64,000 nucleotides of DNA from IMG/VR virus record IMGVR_UViG_3300042945_002143; one strand, given 5' to 3'. Shown one piece after another: positions 9,652 to 20,769 of this stretch. Every line of letters begins with the position of its first letter. Position 1 is the stretch's first letter. Source of the DNA: an uncultured virus (IMG/VR IMGVR_UViG_3300042945_002143). Lineage: Duplodnaviria; Heunggongvirae; Uroviricota; Caudoviricetes. Below the pieces are notes generated by a model. That model was given only the letters and a program-made list of their open reading frames with translations. It was not told where the DNA came from and searched no databases. The position numbers and the translations under genes were made by a program.

Positions 9652-11682
9652 ATGGCTTTAGGATTTCAAAATTGTTGTGACATTGAGGACTATTTTTATG
9701 TAAATGGTATTCCTGGTTCTGTTTCAGAATATGAGATATATTATATTGAAACAACACAAGGTGATACGTTATGTGGAACATATGTTGAATTACCTGAATT
9801 ATTTTATGAACCTTTGGTTTATGATTTAGTTGGAATGACTGGACAAACAAGTTGTACTACTTGTAAATTATTAAATCCTTGTCCTACAGGTATTACTATT
9901 GATTTTAGTAGTCAGAGTACAGGTATTTTTACAACAGTAAATGAATGTACTATTAAAACAATTTTTCCATTCTATGTTGAATGTGATAGTGTGTTCCCAA
10001 CATTAGATGAGTCAACAACTGGTTCAGTTAGTTTATTTGTCACGGGTGGTACACCACCATATAGTTTTTACAGTGCGGGAACTGAAACTCAAATTGGTCA
10101 AGCTATAGAACCAACAAATAATACTTATTTGTTGTATACTGACGTTATACCTGGTACATATTCAACAACTGTTGTTGACTATTATGGTGATAATGTACAA
10201 GATATTGACTGTGTTATTCCTGAACTACCTGATTATATTTATGCTGAGTGTCAGGTTACAAATCCAACTATTAATGGATTTAATGATGGTAGTTTAACAT
10301 TGTATGTAACAGGTGGAACACCACCATATAATTACTATTATTCAGGTTCTTCAATAACATTACCACTTACTAATTTAAGTGCTGGGACGTACAACATTAC
10401 AGTTGTTGATAGTGGAGTTGGAATTTATTCACAAACTGCAACAACATCTTGTTTAGTTGAAAATCCTGCTGAAATAATTTATCCTAATAAATTATGTATG
10501 AATTTTGATTATTGTGGTGTTGAATTTTATTTAAATTTTACAAGTGCGTCAACCTACAATTTAAGACCGTTATATACTCTTGATAATCCTTCTGAGATTT
10601 CTGTCACAGGAATGAGTTTATTTTGGAATACAAGTTGGGTAAGTTCAGTTGAAAATCACAATTCACCATTACCAATACCAACACAATGTCAACAAGAACA
10701 AACTTGTTCATTTACTATTCAAAATCCTTTTGCAATTAAACCACAAGACAGTGGTTGGTACGGTTCAGGTACATTTACACCTGGACCAAGTATATCATCA
10801 ATTATTGTAACTTCAGGTGTTTGTTCGGCGATAACACCAACATTAACAGTACAAGTTGAAAATTATTGTGATAATTCAACACAGTGTCAAGGAGGTGTAA
10901 CTTTAATACCTAGCTCATCATTTGGTGGGCCATACACGTATTTTGTTGATGATGTTGAACAAAACTCACCTGTATTTTTTGGATTATGTAGTGGAGGTCA
11001 CACGGCACAAGTAATAGATGGCGATGGTAATTTAAGTGATATTGTTTCATTTAATATTACATCAACAACACCCTCAACTATTGGTTATTCAAATTGTGTA
11101 TTTTCTGCTGGAGATATTGTTAATTTAAATTCAGGTGGTAATAAAAAATGGAATTTTAAAACTGTAATATCTAATATACCGTCATCATGTCAACTAATTG
11201 GTAAAGTTAGAATAACTTATCAATATCTTTTCTCAGGTGTGACGGCAAATATTGGAATATCTCCAATATTACCATCGGGTACTTGGAATTTAATTATTAA
11301 CCAATTAACAACACAACCTGCGGTTGGTAATTGTCCGGCATATGTTATTTATACTCAAGTTTACGAGTCAACAAATTATACTATAAATGTGTTTTCATCT
11401 ACAATACAAATAAATAATTGTGGGTTCAGTTGGTTTTTTAATAATCCAGTAGGATTATGTACTAATAAAGATGTACGAGGTATTGTGACAGTTCAAATGT
11501 ATTCAATCACTCCTAGTGGAGCTCAGTGTTGTATAACTATACCTCCGACTTATACTATTGGAACGTCTACTGTCCATATTAGATATAATAAAACAACACC
11601 GCCATCTGAAATTACATTAACTAATACAAGTCTTCTATGTAATCCAAGTACACCTTCACCACCGGCAGAAAACATACAATAA
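9652..11682 (+). CDS. Cys-rich virion protein with SprB-like repeats
   Basis: Two clear GS(V/L)xL(F/Y)VTGGTPPY...G(T)Y..TVVD units and a third degenerate one (GGPYTY...GGHTAQVID). The N-terminal Cys-rich domain is shared with 14578-17052. Confidence 0.7.
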   Translation: MALGFQNCCDIEDYFYVNGIPGSVSEYEIYYIETTQGDTLCGTYVELPELFYEPLVYDLVGMTGQTSCTTCKLLNPCPTGITIDFSSQSTGIFTTVNECTIKTIFPFYVECDSVFPTLDESTTGSVSLFVTGGTPPYSFYSAGTETQIGQAIEPTNNTYLLYTDVIPGTYSTTVVDYYGDNVQDIDCVIPELPDYIYAECQVTNPTINGFNDGSLTLYVTGGTPPYNYYYSGSSITLPLTNLSAGTYNITVVDSGVGIYSQTATTSCLVENPAEIIYPNKLCMNFDYCGVEFYLNFTSASTYNLRPLYTLDNPSEISVTGMSLFWNTSWVSSVENHNSPLPIPTQCQQEQTCSFTIQNPFAIKPQDSGWYGSGTFTPGPSISSIIVTSGVCSAITPTLTVQVENYCDNSTQCQGGVTLIPSSSFGGPYTYFVDDVEQNSPVFFGLCSGGHTAQVIDGDGNLSDIVSFNITSTTPSTIGYSNCVFSAGDIVNLNSGGNKKWNFKTVISNIPSSCQLIGKVRITYQYLFSGVTANIGISPILPSGTWNLIINQLTTQPAVGNCPAYVIYTQVYESTNYTINVFSSTIQINNCGFSWFFNNPVGLCTNKDVRGIVTVQMYSITPSGAQCCITIPPTYTIGTSTVHIRYNKTTPPSEITLTNTSLLCNPSTPSPPAENIQ

Positions 11683-11708
11683 AAATGAAACGAAGATAAT
11701 TATAAACA

Positions 11709-13880
11709 ATGGGATATATTATAAAAGAAAATCAAGGATTATTAATTACAAGATTAACGGACACTGGACGTAAAAAAATATCTGAAGGTAATTTTAATGT
11801 TTCTTATTTTCAAATTGGAGACAGTGAGGTTAATTATACCTCAATTGCAAATTACGATATATCTAGTTTTCAAATACTTGAACCATCATATAACGCTCAA
11901 AATTCAACAGGAGTTCCTAACTCAACTAAAAATAATGTTAAATATCCTTTTTATTTACAAGGCTCTTCAGGGTTAACTTATGGTATTCCATTTATGGCAT
12001 CTTCGGATGAGTCAGTATTTAATACTGCGTCACCTAACGGTTTCTTTGTAACCGCGAGTACTGCATCTACTTGTTTTAGTCCTTATCATACAAGTGCATA
12101 CACTTACAACTCACAATATGTTGTTAATTTATCAGGATTAACTGGTAACACTTCAGTTTTAACACTTATTTCCAATCCTTGTCCTGATTCTGTATCAGCG
12201 ACAACTATTTCTGCGGGAACTCTTGTAACTATTTTTATGAGTGGTGGAAGTTCATGTGGATGTATCGATTCTTGTTATCCTGTATTAACTTACCAAGTTC
12301 AGAGTTGGAATTCAGGAACAACACAACTTGTTGTTGATAGACTATTACCTAATTTATCAGGTAATACTGGTCAAGCTAGATTATTTTTCTACCCATCAGG
12401 TATGACAGGTTATGATTTACCGACACCTATGAACTATTGGAGTGATAGTGTTATTAATTATGAATCAGTTTGTACACCTGAAGATGGGTTAGTTAAAATT
12501 TGGAATATGAATATTCCGTGGTCTGAAAGTCCTGCGGGATTAATTTCGACATTATATAGTCAATATGGTGAATTTGGTTCCAAAGATTATATCAGTACAA
12601 AAGAATACTACGGATATATGTCGTCAAGTGGACAAACAGATACATCAGGTGTTACATATTATAATTCATACGGTGAACAAATATTAGTGACCCCTGAAGA
12701 ACAAAAAGCAATTTCAATTGTTCACTACACAAACAATACAATAATTAATTTTTATGGTGAAAAATTTGCTTGTGAAGCATATGACACAACAAATCCTGGT
12801 GATACAGGACAAGCAAGAAATTTTACAATTAACCTGCCTTGGTTAATGTGGCATAAAAATCCAATTAGTTGTTGTAGTGGTGAAACATTTTGGATTGACC
12901 CACCTGGATTTAATGGGTACGATTTATTAACACCATACTATATTCAATCAAATGAAAATCTTGATATGAATAATCCGGGTATTAGATATTTTCATTTATA
13001 TGATACTCACCCAAATCCTGATGGACGACCAAGTAGGGTTGGTAAAGTATTTCCTGATGATAAGGTAATTGTTTTTGATGATGAGGAAATTATTGCCGCA
13101 ATGACTTATGTTGCTAATAGAAACTATACACTACCTGCCCCAAAACTTGGATATAGTGCACCTGGACTTTGTAACGATACATCAACTGATGGATTACTTG
13201 ATAATGATAACCAATGTGTGTGGGTAACTTATGGTTTTGATGGGCCTTGGACTGGAATGCATTGTAATTATTATCAGAAAATAATTGGCCCTGTAACAGG
13301 TTGTAGTTTAACTGAACAAAACGTAACAGTTAAATTCGGAAATGAATTTAAATGTATGAAAACAGGTACTACACAAGGATTTTCAGCGACTGACTTTTAC
13401 ATTTTAGCACAAACAGGAACAACATCACAGAATAGACCTAATCCAAATAATTGGGTTAGAATGAATTATTCTACCGCATTATCAGGTGGTTATATTAATC
13501 CATCAGGTCTTACGGCAACAACATTTACAATTACACCTACAACTTATGCTAATGGAACAACATATAATTTAGGTAATCAATTAGAGTTACCAACTATTAG
13601 TAGTAGTTCATCAACATTATATTTTGGTGATGAATATTTCTTCTACGGGAATGTTAATACTGATATTCAGGCAACAATTTACGAAATGAGATATCTTATA
13701 AATTTACCTAACGCACAATTTGTAAATTCATCAAATCCTACTTGGACACAAGGTATAACTCCTTATATGTCTGAAATAGGATTATATGACGCTAATAAAA
13801 ACTTACTTGTATTATCTAAATTCCAATCACCTCAAGTTAGACAAGGTATACAACAAGCGGTTGTTAAGTTAGATTTCTAA
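11709..13880 (+). CDS. Virion structural protein (baseplate/tail-fibre attachment-like)
   Basis: N-terminal LTDTGRKKI...YFQIGDSE and C-terminal SEIGLYDANKNLLVLSK resemble tail-collar/baseplate-type domains of large phages. Confidence 0.55.
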   Translation: MGYIIKENQGLLITRLTDTGRKKISEGNFNVSYFQIGDSEVNYTSIANYDISSFQILEPSYNAQNSTGVPNSTKNNVKYPFYLQGSSGLTYGIPFMASSDESVFNTASPNGFFVTASTASTCFSPYHTSAYTYNSQYVVNLSGLTGNTSVLTLISNPCPDSVSATTISAGTLVTIFMSGGSSCGCIDSCYPVLTYQVQSWNSGTTQLVVDRLLPNLSGNTGQARLFFYPSGMTGYDLPTPMNYWSDSVINYESVCTPEDGLVKIWNMNIPWSESPAGLISTLYSQYGEFGSKDYISTKEYYGYMSSSGQTDTSGVTYYNSYGEQILVTPEEQKAISIVHYTNNTIINFYGEKFACEAYDTTNPGDTGQARNFTINLPWLMWHKNPISCCSGETFWIDPPGFNGYDLLTPYYIQSNENLDMNNPGIRYFHLYDTHPNPDGRPSRVGKVFPDDKVIVFDDEEIIAAMTYVANRNYTLPAPKLGYSAPGLCNDTSTDGLLDNDNQCVWVTYGFDGPWTGMHCNYYQKIIGPVTGCSLTEQNVTVKFGNEFKCMKTGTTQGFSATDFYILAQTGTTSQNRPNPNNWVRMNYSTALSGGYINPSGLTATTFTITPTTYANGTTYNLGNQLELPTISSSSSTLYFGDEYFFYGNVNTDIQATIYEMRYLINLPNAQFVNSSNPTWTQGITPYMSEIGLYDANKNLLVLSKFQSPQVRQGIQQAVVKLDF

Positions 13881-13936
13881 ATTATTTACAATTAAGTTAA
13901 TTAATTTAATATTATGACTAATAACTAATATTAGAT

Positions 13937-14530
13937 ATGGCAAAAAGTATTAAAAATTCACCTAAAATTTTGGGTTTAGACGTTTCAACCAAAACAATTG
14001 GTGTAGCATTGTTTGATTTATCTTCAAGGGATTTATTGGAATTAACTCATGTTTCACCACAACCAAAACCAACACCTGAAACCAAGATTGAGGAAATGTT
14101 ATTAAAATCTGCAACATTCAGAAAGAAATTGGAGGAATACAAAGGAGTTGGTGTCGTTAGATGTGTAATTGAAGAACCTTTGTTGAATAGTAATAATGCT
14201 TATACTATCGGAACACTATTGAGATATAATACATTGATTACTAAAGAAGTTTATGATGTGTTGGGTATTGTTCCTGAATATGTTTCAACATATAACTCAA
14301 GAAAAGAAGCGTGGCCTGAATTGGTAAAGAAAAACGAGAAAGGTAAATATGTTTTGTTTGGAGGTTATCCTAAAGATTGTGATAAAAAGATGATTATATG
14401 GGAACTTGTTGCTAAAAGAGAACCTCAAATTAATTGGTTGTATACAAGAAACAATACATTAAAGAAAGAAAACTTTGATATGACAGATGCTTATACTGTT
14501 GTATTAAGTTATCTAAATGCTAAAAAATAA
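13937..14530 (+). CDS. RuvC-like Holliday junction resolvase
   Basis: RNase H-fold motifs ILGLDVSTKTIG, VIEEP and C-terminal DMTDA. Confidence 0.75.
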   Translation: MAKSIKNSPKILGLDVSTKTIGVALFDLSSRDLLELTHVSPQPKPTPETKIEEMLLKSATFRKKLEEYKGVGVVRCVIEEPLLNSNNAYTIGTLLRYNTLITKEVYDVLGIVPEYVSTYNSRKEAWPELVKKNEKGKYVLFGGYPKDCDKKMIIWELVAKREPQINWLYTRNNTLKKENFDMTDAYTVVLSYLNAKK

Positions 14531-14552
14531 TAAGATTTTTATTTTAAAATTT

Positions 14553-14576
14553 AAGGTGTCGTTTGACACCTTTTTT
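14553..14576. terminator. Intrinsic terminator between convergent genes
   Basis: AAGGTGTC-GTTT-GACACCTT followed by a T run. Confidence 0.75.
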
Positions 14577-14577
14577 G

Positions 14578-17052
14578 TTATGTACATAATACCACTACAC
14601 TACCTGATATACCATTACTTGCATAAACTTTAGTAGTTGTGGTATCATAATCAATACCTGATGCTCCACCACCAATACTACTTATTGTTTTAACAACTGT
14701 ATTAGTTGTTGTGTTAATTACACTTATAGTAGAATCAAATGAATTTGTAACATATAATCTATTAGACGAATCTATTGTCATATCATATGGAGCACTACCC
14801 ACTGAAATTGTTGAACCTGTTGATAATGTTATTGTGTTAACAGGGACAATTAAATCACTATTTTGAAGTGCTACGTACACTGTATTATTTGATATATTGA
14901 CTTTACATGTTCTTGGATATAACGAACCTGGTAAACCAACAAACGAAACTGTTGAAATTACAGTATTTGTGAATACATCAATAACTGACATAGTGTTGTC
15001 GTTAGCATTTGGTACAAATACTCGACCTAATGTTGGGTCAAATGATGGGTTAATTGGAGCATTACCAACAGATATTGTTGATGTTATTGTGTTAGTTAAA
15101 GTGTTAATTACGCTAACATTTGCAGTATTAAAGTTTGTCACATACATTTGATTATTAATAGAATCAAAACATATTCCTACTGGACCACCCGCACCAATAA
15201 TTGTTGTTATTGGTGAATTTGTGTCACCATCTAATACGACAATAGTTGATGAATTATAATATGTGATATAAATATTGTTATTCAAAGTATCTAGAGCCAT
15301 TCCTTGAGGACCAATTTGTCCTGTTGAAATACTCAAATATGATGTATTATTTGTTTTGTCAATAACTTCAATATTGTTGAAAGGTGTGCTTGAAACATAT
15401 GCGTAATCTGTTGATGGGTTTGATAACATATTATATAATGTGAAACCAGGTGTTATTGAAATTGTTGTTGTAACAAATGGACAATAAGGTGTTGTTGTTG
15501 GTGTCGGAGTAGGTGTTGGAGTAGGCGTTGCAGTTGTAACTGGGATACAAAATTCACAATCAAATAAATTACCACTCTCAATAGATTGGAGTGTGTTAGT
15601 AGGTGAACCTAAAATATCTGAATTGTAAGTTACACAAACAGATTTAAAGTCAATCACAGCACTAAATGTTGAACCTGTGTTAAACGGTATTATTTCACCA
15701 ACAATATATTTTTCGGGTGAGTTACAATCCAAAAGTAATTTTGAATATAAACTTGTAAATTTAGATGAGAATGTATCATAAGATACTGAACCACTTACAA
15801 CAACACTTTTAACAGCATTTGTTGGAGTAACACTTGGTGTTGGTGAAGGACCTGGATAACTGTAATTAACACCACTAAACGATAATGATTTACCGTTACA
15901 CAATGGTGTAGGTGTTGGGGTAGTTGTTGGTGTTAATGTCGGTGTTATACTAGGTGTTGGTGTTGGAGTTGCTCCTGAAGTAATATTACAATCAAATACT
16001 GCTGTAAAATCAAAAGTATTACATGCGTCAGTGTTTGATGGTGTTGGTGTAGGACATGAAGACCCAAAATATGTTACGTCTAAATCAGGACAAACAGTAT
16101 TACTTCCTGTTGGACCAAATAATTTACACTCACCATTTACACAAGTTGATAAACACCACTTTGTTTCACCAGTGTTGTAATATATGTAATAAGGATTAGT
16201 TACGTCTGGCTTATAAAAAACATTTCTTCCTCCAAATACTCCATAGTTGTAATAAGTTCCATCATAATTTGTATAACCGTCTAAATTTGTGAATACACAA
16301 TAACTTGATTGAGGACATGCGGTATAAGTTGGCGTTGCCGTTGGTGTTGTTGAAGGTGTTTGTGAAATACTTGGTGTTGGCGTATTACAAAATGTTGGTA
16401 GTGGGGTCTTTGTAATTGTTGGAGTTGGAGTTGTGGTTGGTGTTATTGATAATGTAGGGGTTGGAGTTGATGTTGTTGTCGGTGATGGTGTAATAGTTGG
16501 TGTAATACTTGGAGTAGGTGTAACCGTTCTTGTTGGAGTATGTGTTGGAGTAATACTTGGAGTTGGAGTATTTGTTGAGGTAACGGTAACTGTTGGTGTT
16601 ATGGTTGGAGTAATACTTGGTGTTGGTGTTATGGTTGGTGTAACACTTGATGTTGGTGTTTGAGTTTGTGTTTTTGTTGGAGTATTTGTTGGTGTTTTTG
16701 TTGGAGTGGTACTTGGTGTAACAGTTTTTGTTGGAGTGTTTGTTGGTGTTTTTGTTGGAGTAGCACTTGGTGCAGGTGTTGAAGTAGGTGTTGGTGTTGG
16801 GCCAGGAACACAAGGGTTCACGGTTGTACATGCGGTACAAGATGAATATGATGTTAAATTTATTGTTAATATGTTATAGATTGGAGTACCTGTAACAAAT
16901 CCTGTTGTTAAATGTTGAGAACAACCTGAATAAAAATCAGTCTCCAAATAATAAGAGTTTCCGACAGTAAATGTTCCTGCAGAGTAAGTTGATTGAATTT
17001 GAAACGTAGTTCCACTACAACAACCTGAAAATGAATACCAACTTAAAGCCAA
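14578..17052 (-). CDS. Pro/Thr-repeat (mucin-like) stalk protein with C-terminal YVTN-type beta-propeller
   Basis: TTG start; long (TP)n tracts separated by Cys-rich domains. C-terminal repeats MYVTNF...VSVIN, LYVTNS...[19 protein letters not shown]. Confidence 0.8.
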   Translation of the reverse strand: MALSWYSFSGCCSGTTFQIQSTYSAGTFTVGNSYYLETDFYSGCSQHLTTGFVTGTPIYNILTINLTSYSSCTACTTVNPCVPGPTPTPTSTPAPSATPTKTPTNTPTKTVTPSTTPTKTPTNTPTKTQTQTPTSSVTPTITPTPSITPTITPTVTVTSTNTPTPSITPTHTPTRTVTPTPSITPTITPSPTTTSTPTPTLSITPTTTPTPTITKTPLPTFCNTPTPSISQTPSTTPTATPTYTACPQSSYCVFTNLDGYTNYDGTYYNYGVFGGRNVFYKPDVTNPYYIYYNTGETKWCLSTCVNGECKLFGPTGSNTVCPDLDVTYFGSSCPTPTPSNTDACNTFDFTAVFDCNITSGATPTPTPSITPTLTPTTTPTPTPLCNGKSLSFSGVNYSYPGPSPTPSVTPTNAVKSVVVSGSVSYDTFSSKFTSLYSKLLLDCNSPEKYIVGEIIPFNTGSTFSAVIDFKSVCVTYNSDILGSPTNTLQSIESGNLFDCEFCIPVTTATPTPTPTPTPTTTPYCPFVTTTISITPGFTLYNMLSNPSTDYAYVSSTPFNNIEVIDKTNNTSYLSISTGQIGPQGMALDTLNNNIYITYYNSSTIVVLDGDTNSPITTIIGAGGPVGICFDSINNQMYVTNFNTANVSVINTLTNTITSTISVGNAPINPSFDPTLGRVFVPNANDNTMSVIDVFTNTVISTVSFVGLPGSLYPRTCKVNISNNTVYVALQNSDLIVPVNTITLSTGSTISVGSAPYDMTIDSSNRLYVTNSFDSTISVINTTTNTVVKTISSIGGGASGIDYDTTTTKVYASNGISGSVVVLCT

Positions 17053-17056
17053 TTTT

Positions 17057-17278
17057 TTATATACTTGTGCAACCTGTTATTATGCAACCATTTGCATCTA
17101 CAACCTTCATACAATAGTGTGAAAACATTTCTATTGGAGAAGGTACTGTAAAATTATATGGTAAACTACCACTTCCAATACTTGTAATATAATAACATGG
17201 ACTACCACCTGAAAGACATATATAAACGTCAAACGGAGTGGAACCTGTAATATTATTAACCGTAATTGTTGTTGGCAT
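17057..17278 (-). CDS. Small Cys-containing structural protein (paralog of 9384-9605)
   Basis: [10 protein letters not shown]...[16 protein letters not shown] motif 4 nt upstream on the minus strand. Confidence 0.7.
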   Translation of the reverse strand: MPTTITVNNITGSTPFDVYICLSGGSPCYYITSIGSGSLPYNFTVPSPIEMFSHYCMKVVDANGCIITGCTSI

Positions 17279-17352
17279 ATGATATAAATATAAAAGGGAT
17301 TAAAACTTTGTGAAGTTTGACAACAATAAGTTTTTATCTTATTATTAAGGTA

Positions 17353-18249
17353 ATGGACGAAGACGAAATTTTACTTGAAATTATTAGGGACTTATTTGGT
17401 AAAGAGAAACATTATTATGCTTCCAAAGGTCAGATTTCAATAAATTGTCCGTATTGTGATGAGGGTAGAAACAAAGGTAACCTTGAAATTAATATCAACG
17501 AACACGTATATAAATGCTGGTCGTGTTCAGACTCAAATGGAACACACGGAGTTTTAGGTAAGTTAATTGATATTTTTGGAACCAAAAACCAAAAGAAAAC
17601 TTACGATATATTTAAACCCGAAGAACATAAGTCAAAACATGTTGAACTAAAAAAGTTAAAACTTCCCAAAGAATTTATTTCAATTAAAGATGCTAATCCC
17701 CTTCATATACCACACAGAGAAGTTTTAAAATATATTAAAACACGTGGTATTACTGATGAGATGATTGATAAGTTTAATATTGGATTTGCAACCGATGGTG
17801 ACTACGGAGGTAGGATTATTATACCTTCATATGGTATGGACGATGAGATTAACTACTTCATATCAAGGGCGTGGTTTAAAACGAAGAACAAGTATAAAAA
17901 TCCTGAATACCCAAAGGAAACAATTATATTCAACGAGAAGTTGATTGATTGGGAAAAACCAATTTACCTATGTGAGGGTGCTATTGACGGGTTCTTTACA
18001 CCCAATCCAGTTGTTCTACTTGGGAAGGTATTACATGAATTATTGTTTGAAACGATATATACCAAGGCTAAGTCAGATGTTATTATATGTTTGGATGCTG
18101 ATGCTTGGAAAGATGCTCAAAAACTTTACAACCAACTAAATGGTGGGAAGTTAAGGGGACGAGTGAAGATTCTAAAATTACCAAAAGACTCTGATATTGC
18201 AGATTTGAAAGGTAAGATAGATGATTATTTTTATGAAATGAGTTATTAA
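17353..18249 (+). CDS. DNA primase (Zn-binding + Toprim)
   Basis: CPYC...CWSC zinc ribbon, GRIIIP, KYKNP, Toprim CEGAID and CLDAD. The ATG at 17353 is preferred over the TTG at 17317. Confidence 0.85.
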   Translation: MDEDEILLEIIRDLFGKEKHYYASKGQISINCPYCDEGRNKGNLEININEHVYKCWSCSDSNGTHGVLGKLIDIFGTKNQKKTYDIFKPEEHKSKHVELKKLKLPKEFISIKDANPLHIPHREVLKYIKTRGITDEMIDKFNIGFATDGDYGGRIIIPSYGMDDEINYFISRAWFKTKNKYKNPEYPKETIIFNEKLIDWEKPIYLCEGAIDGFFTPNPVVLLGKVLHELLFETIYTKAKSDVIICLDADAWKDAQKLYNQLNGGKLRGRVKILKLPKDSDIADLKGKIDDYFYEMSY

Positions 18250-18250
18250 A

Positions 18251-19105
18251 ATGGAATTAAAAGAAATTGCTTTAGAATTACGAGAAATTTTAGAGAACAA
18301 AAGACAAGAGTTGGAGTTAACCTTTATTGAGGATACCCACACGTATTTTATGAAAGATGTGGATGGTGTTGTTAAAAACAATTTCCCATCAGTATCAAAG
18401 GTGTTGAAGAAGTTTTACCCTGAGTTTCCAACTGACGAAGCTGCTGAAAGGAAATCAAAAGGAAACCCTGTAATTAAACAATCACTGATTGAAGAATGGG
18501 CAGCCGCTGGTGATTATTCTACCAATATGGGTAGTAGGGTTCACTTCTTTTTGGAGAAGAAGTTGATTGAAAGTAGTGGAAGTTATAAAGAAGTCCGTCA
18601 ACCAATTTTTGATTGTGATGTTACACAGATTCTAAAGGGTGATAGTATGATTACCGCTGGTTCCAAATTTCTAAAACTAATGAAGGAACGTGAAGTTGTT
18701 TTGTTGGATACAGAGATTGTTTTGGGTCATCCTGAATTAGGATATACGGGACAACCCGATAAGGTGTGGTTGGTGATAAACAAGAAGAAAGATGGGTTTG
18801 GGTTATTAATAACTGACTGGAAGACAAACAAACCTAAAAACTTTGAAAGTAATAGTTTTACAAAACCTATGTATAAACCATTCCAAAACCTACCAAATAC
18901 CGCTCTTGGACACTACTATGTTCAACTACCTTTATACGGTAAGTTAATCTTAAAAATGTTGGAAGGAACAAAATACGAAAACATGAAATTATATGGATGT
19001 ATTGTCGTATTATTGCAAGAGGATTCAGAGTTCAAAGAGTTCAGAGTACCACAAGATGTGATAGATACTGTGATGACTATGAATGTAAAAGACTATCTGA
19101 ATTGA
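18251..19105 (+). CDS. PD-(D/E)XK family exonuclease
   Basis: PSVSKVL, GSRVH, GQPDKV...ITDWKT, HYYVQL motifs. Confidence 0.8.
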   Translation: MELKEIALELREILENKRQELELTFIEDTHTYFMKDVDGVVKNNFPSVSKVLKKFYPEFPTDEAAERKSKGNPVIKQSLIEEWAAAGDYSTNMGSRVHFFLEKKLIESSGSYKEVRQPIFDCDVTQILKGDSMITAGSKFLKLMKEREVVLLDTEIVLGHPELGYTGQPDKVWLVINKKKDGFGLLITDWKTNKPKNFESNSFTKPMYKPFQNLPNTALGHYYVQLPLYGKLILKMLEGTKYENMKLYGCIVVLLQEDSEFKEFRVPQDVIDTVMTMNVKDYLN

Positions 19106-19132
19106 CAACAAACAAAAAAAATACTATATTTG
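19101..19132 (+). promoter_or_regulatory. Bacteroidota-type housekeeping promoter (-33/-7)
   Basis: ATTG-N20-TATATTTG, with ATG 4 nt downstream. Confidence 0.6.
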
Positions 19133-19136
19133 AACT

Positions 19137-19334
19137 ATGATAAAACTAACATTTAACACAACAGACAAAACAGTAAGCGTTGATTTAGGTCAACTTCATT
19201 TTGAGGATTACTTAAACGTATCAACAGTACAGGTGAGAGAAGGTTACTACGAAGTAATGACTAAAACTGATGAGAAATCTAAACCAGTACTTAGAGTACC
19301 GATTAGTAATACAATAATGTTTATACAAGAATAA
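19137..19334 (+). CDS. Hypothetical protein (65 aa)
   Basis: ORF directly after the promoter, in operon. Confidence 0.7.
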   Translation: MIKLTFNTTDKTVSVDLGQLHFEDYLNVSTVQVREGYYEVMTKTDEKSKPVLRVPISNTIMFIQE

Positions 19335-19335
19335 T

Positions 19336-19569
19336 ATGCAATTAGAAAAACCAAAAATTAATTTAAGAGACATGGACTTCATTGTCTGTGACAAATGTGA
19401 ACATAACGAGTTCAAAGAAATTACGTATCTAAAACGAGTACCAAAGTTATTAACTGGTTCACCTGACGATACCGTTGTTCCATTCCCAACATACGCTTGT
19501 TTGGCTTGTGGACATGTGAATGAAGAGTTAAACCCATTTCATACTGAATCTCCGAAATTAGAACTATGA
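19336..19569 (+). CDS. Zn-ribbon protein
   Basis: CDKC...CLACGH. Confidence 0.7.
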   Translation: MQLEKPKINLRDMDFIVCDKCEHNEFKEITYLKRVPKLLTGSPDDTVVPFPTYACLACGHVNEELNPFHTESPKLEL

Positions 19570-20345
19570 TAAAAAAGTTAGTTCATTTTTCTGATTTACA
19601 CATTAGGTTGTTTAAAGACCACCAGTTATATAAAACAATATTGGAGGATGCATTTAAACAATGGAAAGATATTGCACCTGATAGAATTGTATTTACGGGG
19701 GATTTGGTTCACTCAAAGAATCAGATGACACCTGAACTTGTTGAGTTTATCGCTTGGGTATTGACAGAGTGTTCAAAGATTGCTAAGACGGTATTAATAC
19801 CTGGTAATCACGACTTCCTTGAAAATAACATGGAACGATTGGATGCTCTAACACCTGTGGTTGATTCACTTAAAAATGACATGGTAGTTTACTACAAGAA
19901 CAGGGGTGTGTATCAGGATGAAAATATTGATTGGTGTGTGTATTCACTTATGGACCATAACATCCCACCTACGATTGAAAAATCTGATAGAGTTAAAATT
20001 GGATTATTTCACGGACCAGTTCAGGGACTTACAACCAACTTAGGATTTAAGTTTGAAGATGGGTTTGAAACATCAAAGTTTGATGGATGTGATTTGGTAC
20101 TATGTGGTGATATTCATAAGAGACAAATCTTTGATATACCGGGTGGTAAGAAGGCTTACATGATTGGTTCAACCGTTGGACAGAACTATGGTGAAACGGT
20201 AACCAAACACGGATATGGAATTTATGATGTGGAAAAGGATGAGTATACGACAGTGGATTTATTCAACCCAAAACCTTTCATATCATTTAGAATAAACTCA
20301 TACGAAGATATTGAAAATGGAACAGAAAAATTCGTTAACTATTGA
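19566..20345 (+). CDS. Mre11/SbcD-like metallophosphoesterase nuclease (T4 gp47-like)
   Basis: SDLH, TGD, PGNHD, FHG, GDIH motifs; lies near a Rad50-like ATPase. Confidence 0.85.
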   Translation: MIKKLVHFSDLHIRLFKDHQLYKTILEDAFKQWKDIAPDRIVFTGDLVHSKNQMTPELVEFIAWVLTECSKIAKTVLIPGNHDFLENNMERLDALTPVVDSLKNDMVVYYKNRGVYQDENIDWCVYSLMDHNIPPTIEKSDRVKIGLFHGPVQGLTTNLGFKFEDGFETSKFDGCDLVLCGDIHKRQIFDIPGGKKAYMIGSTVGQNYGETVTKHGYGIYDVEKDEYTTVDLFNPKPFISFRINSYEDIENGTEKFVNY

Positions 20346-20769
20346 GTTAACCAAACAAGACGTTGAAGACTTCAATTCATTCTGTAAGATTAATGAAATA
20401 ACCGACCCTAATGGTTTTGTTAAACTATGTTTCCGTAAAGGATACTATATTGAAAAATATGGTTTATTGAATCAGGGTAATCTTCCTGAGGTTATTGACA
20501 GAGAATTTGAAAAGGAAGTTATTGTTGAAGATAACTCAAAGATTGAAGAACTACAAAATGAAATTTACATTCTTAAAGGTAAATTGGAAGATAAAAAGGA
20601 AGTGGAATGTGGTAAACTACAAGAAACCCTTTTTGAACTAAACAGACAATTAAGTGATAAAAATAACACAATAAAAGAATTAACAAGAAAGGTGAATGAG
20701 CTTGAAGATATGACAAAAACTTCTTATGCTTTCTACCTACAGAATTCAAACTTAAAAAACAGAATATGA
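20317..20769 (+). CDS. Hypothetical coiled-coil protein
   Basis: Overlaps neighbours; C-terminal heptad pattern. Confidence 0.65.
   Translation: MEQKNSLTIELTKQDVEDFNSFCKINEITDPNGFVKLCFRKGYYIEKYGLLNQGNLPEVIDREFEKEVIVEDNSKIEELQNEIYILKGKLEDKKEVECGKLQETLFELNRQLSDKNNTIKELTRKVNELEDMTKTSYAFYLQNSNLKNRI

Noticed and set aside
6668..17052. Diversity-generating retroelement targeting the adhesins
   Set aside because: No reverse transcriptase and no TR/VR pair with adenine-specific mismatches noticed in this window.
18251..19105. Cas4/CRISPR adaptation role for the PD-(D/E)XK nuclease
   Set aside because: Lacks the Cas4 Fe-S cysteine cluster and sits in a replication operon next to primase.
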